From the NCBI RefSeq assembly GCF_018977255.1, contig NW_024705438.1:1-44627 (forward strand): 44,627 bases of DNA. The letters run 5' to 3'. Under the pieces are notes generated by a model. It made no database searches. It was not told the origin of the DNA and was given only the letters and a program-made list of their open reading frames with translations. Position numbers and translations under genes: made by a program. Positions 13,901 to 25,900 of this stretch are shown piece after piece (the stretch's first letter is position 1; each line of letters opens with the position of its first letter). Origin of the DNA: Callorhinchus milii. Taxonomy: Eukaryota.

Positions 13901-16900
13901 AAGTTCTGCAAAATGCATTGCGGTCTTTCAATGATGCGATGAACTGTAATATCTAATGGGAGGATTATTATTTGTATATCTAAGCTATCCACGTAATGAT
14001 GGACAGCCCTTATATCTGAGAGATTCAGATGGAGACAGCTGATATGATTGTGTAATAATCCAAAGATTGTTCAGTAAGTCACATAAGCTCGAACTGAGAA
14101 AATACAGTAAAATCCATATTACCAGTTCCAGCTGGGCAGAATCGTCATCTCCCAAGTCGATTCCAACCATTTCACAGTTACATCTTTCTTTTAATAGTTC
14201 CTAACTCCTCCTCCCCTTGCAAAAAAGATAGCCATCACACTTGGCGAGCTGCAGGTAACCCTCAGCAGGCTATTTTTCCTGGGGAAAAGAAATGATAGGG
14301 AGAAAGATAGAGGAACACCTTTTATTTTCCAGCCTTCCCTAGCCTGCTTGTTTCTCAGCCTTGAGAAGGCAGGGGTCTGAGGGCAAAGCGTTTCCTTTCT
14401 GAGATCTGTGGTTAAGGACCCGATTGCTCATTTTCTCAGAGGAGTGAACATCTTCCTAGCAAAGTAAGAAATGTAATCGGAAGCTGACCTCAACCGGCAA
14501 ACATACTTTTAACCTCTGCTCAGCGAGTCCTCAAATCAATCCCACCTTATTAAAGGATTACGAGCAGGTGACATTCTGGAAGTATATAATGATTAATTAA
14601 AAATTATTTACATCAATGATCTGGACGAGGACATTGAATGTAAGGTGTCTAAATTCGCGGATGATACCAAACTCGGAAGCAGAGTGAGCTCTCAGGATGA
14701 AGCAAAAAGATTGCAACAAGCTATAGATAGGCTCGGTGCGCGAGCAAGTAGGTGGCAGATGGAATTCAATGTTAGCAAATGTGAAATTATTCACCGAGGT
14801 AGCAAGAATAAAATAACAGATTATTTTCTGGAAGGGGAGAAGTTAGATAGTGTTAGTATTCAAAGGGATTTGGGTGTCCTCGTACACCAGTCCCAAAAAG
14901 TTAGTTTGCAGGTGCAGCAAGGAACTAAGAAGGCGAACGGCATGTTAGCGTTCATTTCGAAAGGTTGAGAATAGAAGAGTAGGGAAAGTTGCTGCAAATG
15001 TATAGGGCTTTGGTGAGACCGCACCTAGAGTATTGTGTGCAATTTTGGTCTCCTTATTTAAAAAGGACATACTTCCCCTAGAGGGGGCACACCGTAGATT
15101 CACTCGGTTGGTTCCTGGGATGAGGGGACTGACCTACGAGGATAGGCTGTATAAACTAGGGCTGTATTCTCTAGAGTACAGAAGAATTAGGGGGTATCTC
15201 ATTGAAACTTATAAGATTCTTAAAGGGCTGATAAAGTGGACACAGAGGGAGTGTTTCCCCTGATAGGAGAATCTATAACCAGGGGTCACAGTATTAAAAT
15301 TAATGGTCAGCGTCTTGGAACAGAGTTGAGGGAACATTTCTTCACTCAGACGGAAGTGAACTTATAGAATTCATTACCCCGGAAGGCTGTAGATGCTCAG
15401 TCCTTGAACATTTTCAAGGCTGAGACTGATAGATTCTTGAAAAATAGAGGATATGGGGATAGGGCAGGTAATCAGAGTTAGGTGAGAAGATCAGCCATGA
15501 TCTTATTGAATGGAGGAGCAGGCACGAAGGGCCGAATGGCTTACTCCGGCTCCTAATTCTTATGTACTTATGTTGTTATGTTCTTAAAAAGCTTTAAAAC
15601 CTTAAGCTCAAAAATATACCTTTACAAATGTAATAATAATATTTACCTTCCATTACCATTCACAACACATTGTATGGTGCAGTGACTGTATTGTGTAGAC
15701 AAACACAGAAGCCAATTTATGTAAGATGAATGCAGATGTGCAGATGACAGTCAGATAACACAAATGAGGAGGACATTCTGAGCCTTGAGGTGACAGCTCC
15801 TGGAAGGTGTGACCTGAAGTGGAAGGGATCTGTGCCCGAGCTGCGACACGAAGATGTGGTATTGCTCTAATGCATTTCATGCTGAGATAAGTTGCCCATC
15901 GGAAAGCTCTCAGGGTATAACACCATCCAAAACTTGAGGTTCAAACCTGCGCCTGTCGAATGGCCTGCGAGTGACTATTAAGCTTCTGGGGGGAGGGGGT
16001 GGGGGTTGTAGATAAGTGGGGTCTCCTCCCTCAAGGCTGCTGCTAACACTGTAGCCAAACCCATAACTAACGTGTAGTTTCATCCTAGCTGGACAAGCAG
16101 CGAGATATTTTATCAGGCAGCGCTTACCAATGGCAAGCTGTATGGTTTTAGCTCGTGAGATTCCAGCAGTTACCACAACTGGGCTCAATCTGGAGATCCC
16201 CACCCAATTCTTGGCTCTTGCCAACCTGCGCCTAATACGTTTCGGAATTATATAAGCAGGATGCCTCCTTCCAGGGAAAGAGAGGCTATTCCATTCCAAC
16301 AATCTGTCTCTGGGGTTTCCATGTGCATGTGTGAAGTATGGAATTCTCAGCTTGGTTTGGATACACTTGAGCAACAGTGATGGATATCCACATGTGTCTG
16401 ACACCCAGTTAATGCCCCTCAAAATATTTCACATTCACCTAAACAGCTGAATCCGGCCTTGTTGGACCGTCGATTCTGGTAGAAAGCAACTTCCAGCAAT
16501 TGCAGCACATCCCCAGGTTTGCACTGGAGAGGCAACTGAGACTGTGAGTTCAGGGTCTAGACGTTATTCATCAACACACAAGTTTCAGACTCAGATACAA
16601 AAATCTTACTAAATAGGCCCGGCTGATTTACAACAGAAGAATGAAAAATTGGGTAGATGAGAGAGTTCTCACTCCAAAATCAAAGCATTGAATAAAGCCG
16701 TTCATCTCACAGCAGTGTGGGTGCAATATAATACTTGTGTTTCTGTTCCTACAGCAAATCAGAGAGTTGGCAAACAGGAATCAGAGACAGGAAGCATCAA
16801 GATATCTTCTGGATTTAGTGACTGGAGCGAGAAGCCGAGTGCAGCGAGTGATGTGGGAAGCTTTTGTGAAAATGGAGGACAATAAACCACAGCTGAAGAC

Positions 16901-19900
16901 AATCCTGAGAGAGATCCAGGAAAAGGGTAGGAAACCATAAATGGCGGAAGTTGTTTATGAGTGTGTTGGGGGGTGATGGGGCGGCGGGGGTGGAGGAGAG
17001 GATGTGAGGATGGGCGCTGGTTGTCGGATTTTGACACATTGGGACACAAGCTGAAATGCAATACTCTCAGATTTGTAGTGATGGCTTGTGGGGAAATGGG
17101 CGTGTAATCACCAGGGTATAACTAGTGTCAGGTCAATCCGAGCTGAGGCAGTGTCTGGTTTAAGATCTGGTAATTAACAATTATCGGAGGCATGAAAGTG
17201 GCAACAAAGTAAAGGAGTGAGTCAGACAAGGCACCCGACACTGACACCATAACCAATATTTGTGAGTAGCTGGTGGCAAGTCAGTGAGAGTTATCTGTCA
17301 AGGAAACAACCATCGATTGCCTGGATAAGAACATAATATGTTGATATGAACATAAGAAGTGATAGATGATAAAAAAACAAAGGTCCATCCAGTTCGCCTT
17401 TCACCTTCCTGGTGGTAACATGCACATTTGTCCCAAAATTCGCTCTACTCTATCCCATAATTTTAGTTCCTAAAAGAACACTATCTCATCTGTGTTTGAA
17501 AGAATCAACATTTACTGCTTCAACCATCTCCACAGGTTCACCATTCGCCTACTAAAGTAGTTATGCGGAGATTTCTTCTGCATTTACCCCTTTCAATCTC
17601 AGGTCGTATCAACTGGTTCTAATACAGAGGACAAGTTGAAGCAGCCTGTCATGATCCGTATTCTCTATCCCCTTTATAATCTTAAAGACAGCAAACATGT
17701 CGCCTCTCAACTTTCTCTTCCAGCGTGAACATGGCCTATTTCTTGGTCTCTCCTCATAGTCCAGGCCCTCCATTCCCGCAATCATTCTGGTTGCCCTGCT
17801 CTGCATCTTCTCCATTTCTCCAACATCCTTGTTGTACTGTGGTGACCAGAAATGTAGACAGTATCTAATTACAATCTCACCAGTGATTTATACAGTTGTA
17901 GGACTGTCCCACTATTTTGGCTGTTATTGATCCTTTGATACATCCCAATATCTGGTTTGCTTTACTCAGTTTCAAAGAGGATTTTTGGGAGAGCTTCAAT
18001 TTATTGTCATGCAGGGCTGGAGGATATAGACCCAAATTCTGCTGTGGGAGAGAGCAGCGGCTGCAGATTTGGGGAAAATCCGGAGCTTGTGCAGGTGAAG
18101 AGAGGTAGATACCAGGTGCAACGTGTTGCTGTAATTGGGCCGGAAATTGCTGAAGGTGTGAAGGAATGTTTCTGGATACGTGCATCATGGTAGAGATGGG
18201 CAATATTGCTGATGTGAGGCAAAGTCAAACGAGCAACAACAACAACTTGTATTTATAAAGCCCCCCCCCCTCATGATGTGTAGCCTCCCAGAGCACTTAG
18301 CAGAGGCAGAGCATGACACTGAGCCGGGGGTGACAACAGGCGCGGTTGAAGAAGGACTTCAGAAGCGAGCTGAAGATAAGGAAGGAGGGGGCAAGGCGAG
18401 GGGATAGAGGAAGAAAACTCCAGAGCTTCGGGGCGTATTGGCTGAAAGCACAGCCACCCATGGTGTAACTGGGGACATGGGGGACAGATAGGAGGCCTGA
18501 GCAAGTCGAGAGGAGGCAGTGGGTTGGAGAGTAAGCAGATCAATCCAGACCCAGAGGGTTGTCACTGTCTCTATAATGTGCAGCTCGTTTCCAGCAGGAG
18601 CTGACGGAAGCCACGGCAGGAGAGCTGCGTCTAGTCAACATTCAAATGGAGAAAGTTACAGGTCAATCTGAACTTCATATCTGATGGCAATTGGTCAAAC
18701 CACAGTACTGCATCCAGTACACAGGCTAAAGGGATAGAATTGGGTGAAATCCTCCTACACATGGAAGTGGAAAGTATTCCATAATGACATGAAACACCCA
18801 ATATAAAGACTTACTCTTCTGTCAGGCTCGTTTCACAACTAACTGACATTAAACATTTTCAGGTACCAGGCTTCCCACTGAGGTATTTCGGTGCTGGTGT
18901 GAAGAGAAAGTGCCAGAAGAACTTAGAGGTAAGTGGATCTTGGCGATAAAGTCCTTCAACGCAACAACATGAAATCGGAGAAAACTATTTCACAAATTGA
19001 CAAAGTAAATATTATATGTGTAAATAACAAAGAAGGAAGTAGAGGGGTTCAGAGTTGACTGTTAATGAGGTATATAAGTGGGGGCGGCTTGTGTATAATC
19101 TAAACACTGTGAAGGACTGGTTGGAGTGAATAATATGCTTCAGTATTGTACATTCTCATGTGCAAGCGAGAGAACCTGGGGTTTAATTCATGGTCAGGGT
19201 GAAATGTTCGGCAAGCTTCCTTACTCCACACTCCTCTGTTAACCCAGCAGTAAGTAAACTTGTTTGTAAATCGATTGACAGATCACATTCCCGGTAATTA
19301 TCACTTTAAAAACTAATAATGTGGTCACTCAATCCACGGCTGTTTGTGGGATACTGCTGTGCGCAGTTGGCTGCCGCGTTCTGCCCACAAAATATAGCGT
19401 CACTACACTTTACAGTGTATCCTGCTAAGCGTTTTGAGACAACACGAAGATGTGATAAGGCACAATATCAAATGAAAGAATTATTATTTTTGTTTGTATC
19501 TATACGTATGAATGAATGTGTGCATGTTTGTATGTATGGGTGTTCACCGCTCTGTGAAAAAAAGTAGGCATTTGTTTTACTGGGTTATTGTAATAAAAAT
19601 GTGCAGCCATATTGATGGGATCTGATGTTCAATTTTAAGATGTTCAGAAACAGCACAGAAAAACCCTGCGTTCCCAGAATGAGAAGCTGTCAGTAAACAC
19701 CCTGCGAGGACGGGAGAAGACGAAGACATTTCTGCTGTCTGACCGCTACACAGAATTAATAGTCACTTCATCTCCCCGTGAGCGGAGGCTGGTGGAGCAT
19801 GAACTGGTGGCGAGCGGCTTGGAGCATATCATATGGCAAGAGAGGAATGTCAGGAGAGACCTGAAGAAAATACGATCGGATGAGTTGTTTGGATCTAATT

Positions 19901-22900
19901 TCGGAACAACTATCCTGAGTGGAATCGCAGGGATTGGGAAAACCACCATGGTGCAGAACATTCTGTATGGCTGGGCCACAGGGAAGATCTATCCCCAGAT
20001 CCACTTTGTCTTTCATTTCAAATTCCGTGACCTGAACGTAATAAAAGGGGAAACCAGCCTGAAAACCATGGTCCTGGAATCATATCCTTATCTTCAGGAT
20101 GTTCTGGACAAGATCTGGGAGAAGCCGGAACATTTGCTGTTTGTGTTTGATGGTTTGGACGAGTTCAAGGACAGGATTGAGTTCACAGACAGTGACAGAA
20201 ACCCAGTACCTCGGGTCAGCTGCCCGGGGCCGGAAGGCCTCTGTCCCGTGGCTGACATTGTGCGCTCTCTGGTGCAGCAGGAAATACTGAAAGGCTGTTC
20301 AGTGCTGATCACAAGCCGCCCAACTGCTCTGGAGTCTTTAGATCACATCCACACCAACCTCTGGGCTGAAATCCTGGGATTCTTCGCTGAGGGAAGGGAA
20401 GATTACATCAGACGCTTCTTTCCAGATGAGAAGATTGCAGCTGAAGTGCTGAGATATGTGAAGGAGAATGACATCCTGTACACCATGTGCTTCAACCCTT
20501 CCTACTGCTGGATCCTCTGCTGCACATTGGAGCCAATCTTCAAACATCCAGAACACAAACAGCCTCCCCCCAAAACCATCACACAGCTGTACTCCAATTA
20601 CATTTACAATATCCTGAAGAACCATCCCCGAGCTAGTGAGAGCCCTCGGGAGGTGATGCTGAGAGCCGGGGAGATGGCCTATGAGGGGGTCTGTAACAGG
20701 ACCATTGTGTTCGATGATGACCATTTCTCTCACCATCAGCTTGAACCCTCAACCTTCATCTCAGGGTTTATGATGGAGATTCTGGAGAAGGATGATGGTG
20801 GGAGACGAGTTGTGTACACATTCCCTCACCTCACCGTCCAGGAGTTTGTGGCTGCTCTCGCTCAGTACCTGACTCCCGTCCGCAGGAACCTGGTGGAGCT
20901 GCTTGACCAGGTTCACAAGGAGAACGACGGGCGCTTTGAGATCTTCCTGCGGTTTGTTGTGGGTCTCTCCTGGCCACACACAGCCCGGCAGCTGGAGGAG
21001 ATCCTGGGGCCGTTACCTAACGCGTCAGTCTGTGAAGCCATCTCCTGGCTGAAGGTCAATGTTGAGGCGGCGATTAAACAGTCAGGGAGTGAAGGTGGTA
21101 AAAGGAAGCTGCTGAACATGATGTACTATCTGTTTGAGTCTCAGAACAACACTCTGGCCCAGGTCACACTCGGAGCTGTGGGGACACTGGACTTTAGTTG
21201 GTTCACATTGAACCCTCTGGACTGTGCTGTGCTGTCTCATGTGTTACAGCTCTGTGACACCATAGAAACCCTCGATCTCTCCAAGTGTAACATCGGAGCT
21301 GAAGGGATCCAGCGTCTGGTGCCCGCACTGCACAAGTGCCGACAGCTCAGGTTTGTCCTTATTGATGGTTTCAGTGAGAAACCTGGAGAATATCAGCCAG
21401 TGAGTGAGGTGTGTGGGCGCTCGGGGAATATACTGACATATATATATATATATGTCTCACTGGGGGAGAACTCCCAACACAATCTGGCTATAAATGATCC
21501 TCAATATTAAAGCACTGACTCGTGAGCACAGGCCGAGACCTTACTGAGAATGTTGAGAGCCATCAGCTGTGACCTGAATCATCTCTGTGTCTCCTCCTGT
21601 CCCAGTCATTCAATCCCTGTCCACTCTGCTCCCCACAGTCTGTCCTCACACTACATACAACACAACAGCTGGTCTCAGCCCCTCACAGCCTCCACTCCAT
21701 TTACAGCTGATGAAGCAACATTTAATAATGGCTTATGTTAAAACAAGATACTGCAGCCTATATCTGACTGCACTGCCATTTTTGCTGCCTCACAGCTCAG
21801 CTCTACCGTTAGAGTGAATTGTTGCTGGTGTAGATTATCTGTGTAAATCCTCACAGCTTATTCGTGCAATTGGTATAATTGAATACAGAGTTTAATTCTC
21901 TCTATAAATTAACAACAACTTATATTAATGATAGAGTCCTTCACGTGGGTCAGAGTGTCAGTGTGTTTAACTGCTCCAATCCTCAGAGCTCAGCCCTGCA
22001 GATGGTATAATTCAGACCAGGGGGTGTATCTCTATATTAATAATAATAATAATAATCCTTGCATTTGATATAGCGCTTTTCACGTCGGGAGGACGTCCCA
22101 AAGCGCTTCACAGAACACACTGTAAAGCGAATTGACTGTATATTTGTAGGGGAACGCGGCAGCCAATTGCACACAGCAATGTCTCGCAAACAGTCGTAGA
22201 TTGAAAATGACCAATTTATTATTGTTTTTGTTTTCTTGAGGGATTATTATTAGGCTCTGTGTGGAGTAAGGAAACTTGCCCAAGGTTTTGCACTGCCTGG
22301 AATTGAACTTGAAAAGCGAGTGCTCTAACCACTGAGCTACAGGACTCTGACAAATTGAGGTGACGAGGGCTTGGAATCCACTCTTGACTGGTTTATAGAG
22401 AGATCAGCAGCTGCTGCTTAATTTCCGCACCAACATCTGGTGCCCCCATGGCTCAATGGGATGGGACATGTGCCCGAGCAATGGGCAGGGAGATGGTGGC
22501 AATGTTTTAACGCACAACACACTGAGCTGTGCTGTACTGAGGATGGAGGGAAGGAAGGTTAGAGAGGAAGCTGGGAATGCAAAGAGGGTGTGTAGAGAAA
22601 GGAGGGAGAGTAATAAGGGAGGAGTGGGACGGAGGGGAAGAGGGAGGGAGGCGGAGGGAGACAAAATAGGGAAGGAAGGAAGTGAGTGGGAGGAAGTGGA
22701 AGGATGCAGAGGAAGGAGGGAGGGAGTGGATGGAGAGTTTGCGAATAAGGATGTAGACGAAGGAAGGAGAGGAAGGAGTGTGTGAGAGAAAGTAGGGAGA
22801 AAGAGGGAGGAGGGTGGAAAGGAAGAAGGGAGGGAGCGGAGGGTGTGAGGAAGGGAAGGAAGGGAGTGGGGGAGGTGAAGTTGGAATGATGGAAATGATT

Positions 22901-25900
22901 GCGGAGCGGGTATAATTCCCTACATCCCCCACAACCACTCCCCCCACATAATCAGGAATGATGCTGGAGCTTCCTCCCTAATCCTGAGACTTTTAACACA
23001 CGATCAATGATTCCATTCATATTTCCAACTGGCTTTAGCACACGAATGGAAAAAAATTGTGGAACAATCATAATCTGGTCTACTTTTCCATTGGTATTTT
23101 TACAGTCAAAACCTCTGCAAAACCCTCCCACAGAATAAGGTCTCCACAGCTTCAGCCCTGAGTTAGCCTGTGTCTGCTCCCACACTGCAGTCTGAGTCCT
23201 GTAGCTCAGTGGTTAGAGCCCTCGCCTCGCGAGCGAGAGGGCCTGGGGATGATTCCTGGCAGAGCAAAACCTTACGGATGTTTCCTTACTCCACTCGTGT
23301 CTGTTTGCCACACAGTCAGTCACAATCCGGTTTTTATACGATTTGCAGATCGCGTCAATAATCCCTTGAGATTAAGAGACAGAGGTGGCCTGAGAGAGAT
23401 GGGCGAAAAGATACAGAGATGGAAAGAGAAACTGAGGGAGAAGAGAGACTGAGTGAGAGAAAGACAGAGTGATAGACTGAGAGAGCAAGAGACTGAGAGA
23501 CTAGGGGAGAAGAAATGTAACGTGTGAGAGGGTTTTTTTTGTGAGAGGGATTAAGCGATAGAAAGCGAAAGAGAGAATGAGAGAGACAGATAGTGAAGAG
23601 AGACTGAGTGAGAGAAAGGTAGAGTGAGAGACGAAGACAGAGAATGATAGAGAGTGAAACGTTCAGAGTGAGACTGAGAGAGAGACTGAGTTAGGGAGAG
23701 AAAGAGGGAGGGAAAGAGAATCAGAGAGGGACTGAGAGAAAGAAAGTAAGAGAGAGATTTAGAGAGAGACAGACTGAGAGAAAGACAGACAGAGTGAGAG
23801 AGAATAGGGTGGATAAAATATAACATGTCGTGACTGTATTTTGTGGGAGAGACTAAGAGATAGAGACTGAGAGGGAAGGAGAGACAAACAGAGACACAGA
23901 GAGAGACTGAGGCAAAAATATATTATAACGAATAGTGACTGTGTTTTGTTGGAGAGCCACAGCAAGTGACTGTGTGACAGAGAGACAGAGAGAGACTGAT
24001 AGAGAAACTGACAGATAGAGAGAGAGAGTGAGAGTCAGAGAGAAAGACAAAGACCGAGCGAGTGACTGAATGAGGGAAAGAATAGAGCGCGAGACAGAAA
24101 AAGAGAATGAGAGAAAGAAAAACGTAGAGAAAGAGAGACTGTGAGATATATTATAAAGTGTAGTGACACTGTGTTTTGTGGGTGACAGAGACTGTTACTG
24201 CGAGAGAGAAAGAGACAGAGAGAGAGAGAAACAGAGAGAGAGTCAGTGAGAGAGACTGACAAAGAGAGGGAAAGAGAGAGAGAGAAAAAGAGGGGACGAA
24301 ATAAAGGAGGAGGTTGAAGAGAGTCACTGCGGGAGACTGAGAGACAAGGAGCGAGAGAGACTGAAAGACAGAGAGAGAGAGGGAGAGAGAGACTAAGAGA
24401 GTGAGTGACTGAGAGAAAGAGACTGTGAGAGGGTGAGAGTCTGGGAAACCGAGACTGAGAGAGACAAACTGAGTGAGTGAATGAGAGAGAGAGTGTGGCT
24501 GTGAGGGAGGGAGAGAAACAGACACAGAGAGAGAATGAGAGAGAAAGTGACTCAGAGACACAGAGTGAGAGAAACTGTGAGAGAGAGATAGAAAGAGATA
24601 CTGAGAGACCTCGATAGAGAAAGATAGTCTGAGAGACTGAGAGACAGGGATAGAGTGAGACTGAGACACACAGACACAGAGAGAGAGAGAGACTGGGAAA
24701 GAGAGAGAGTGAGAGACAGAGATAGAGTGAGAGAGAATCTGAGAGACAAACAGAGAGAGAGACTGAGAAAGAGAGAGAGACTAAGCGAGATAGATTTAGA
24801 GATAGAGGCTGAGAGACTGAGAGAGAGATACTGAGGTAGAGGCAGAGGGAGAGACGATGAAAGTGAGAGACCCGGAGAGAGAAAGAGAAATAGACTGAAG
24901 GAGAGCGACTGAGAGAGTTATTGAGGGAGAGAAAGAGACAGAGACTGAAAGAATGAGTGCGGCAGAGACAGCAAGAGAATACATTATAATGTGTAGTGAC
25001 TGTATGTTTTGTAGGAGAGACAGAGACAGTGACTGAAAGAGATTGACTGACAGAGAGAGAGAGCGAGAGAGGGACAGAAAGAGACACTGATAGACACATA
25101 TATATATTTAGAGAGAGAGACTGAGCAAGAGAGAAAATGATGGTGTGTGTGAGAGAGAGAGAGAGACAGACTGAGAGAAAAAGAGAGATTGTGTGAGAGA
25201 ATATGCTATAACGTGTAGTAACTGTGTTTTGTGGGAGAGGCAGAGAAAGAAATATATATAGAGAGAGAGAGAGACTGAGACAAAGTGAAAGACATAGAAC
25301 AAGACAGAGAAAGAGAGAAAGACGGTGAAAGAGAATATATTATGAAACGTAGTGACTGTTTTGAGGCAGAGACAGAGAGAGAATCAGAGTGAGAGAGAGA
25401 GAGACACTGTGATATGTGTGTGTGCTAATGTGTGTGACCCTGGTCCCAGCGCCTTGGGACTTGTTCCCCACGTGAAAGGCTCCTGTATATACATGTCAAT
25501 GTGTATTGTGTTGTTACACTATATTCCCTGTGTTTGTGTCTCTGTGTCCAGTCTGGAGGGCAATAATCTGGGAGATTGTGGAGTGAAGCGACTGTGTGAG
25601 GCTCTGAGGAACCCGGAGTGTAAAATACAGAGACTGGAGTAAGTAACGCACTGTGTCTCCAGAGTCTGAATGACTCCAATATCTCAATGTGTTTATTGTG
25701 ACTGTCTGATCAGTGCGGCTGAATATTGTGACAGGAATCGGTGTGACAGTGTGAGGCCACAACCATCGTTTACATCAAACTCTCAACGTGTGTTACTGTG
25801 TCTGTGTGTCTCGGTATTTGTGTGTGTGACTGTTGTTTGAAACATTTGCAACTATCTCCAACAACGTTATAATGATCTAGTTCCAGTTTACCAATTGGTT

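Noticed and set aside
15910..16422. 170-aa minus-strand ORF
   Set aside because: No recognisable domain, non-ATG start, and it overlaps a dispersed repeat whose other copies do not keep the frame.
19792..21510. 572-aa ORF as a stand-alone single-exon gene
   Set aside because: It starts at GTG inside an exon and reads through the donor at 21351 into intron; it is exon 5 of the spliced gene.
23194..23265. tRNA gene candidates (also about 3880-3947 and 22295-22347)
   Set aside because: They are tRNA-derived SINE heads continuing into SINE body sequence, without a proper cloverleaf.
265..25099. Ser/Leu-rich minus-strand ORFs (265-1041, 24035-25099 and others)
   Set aside because: They are translations of (CT)n low-complexity DNA.
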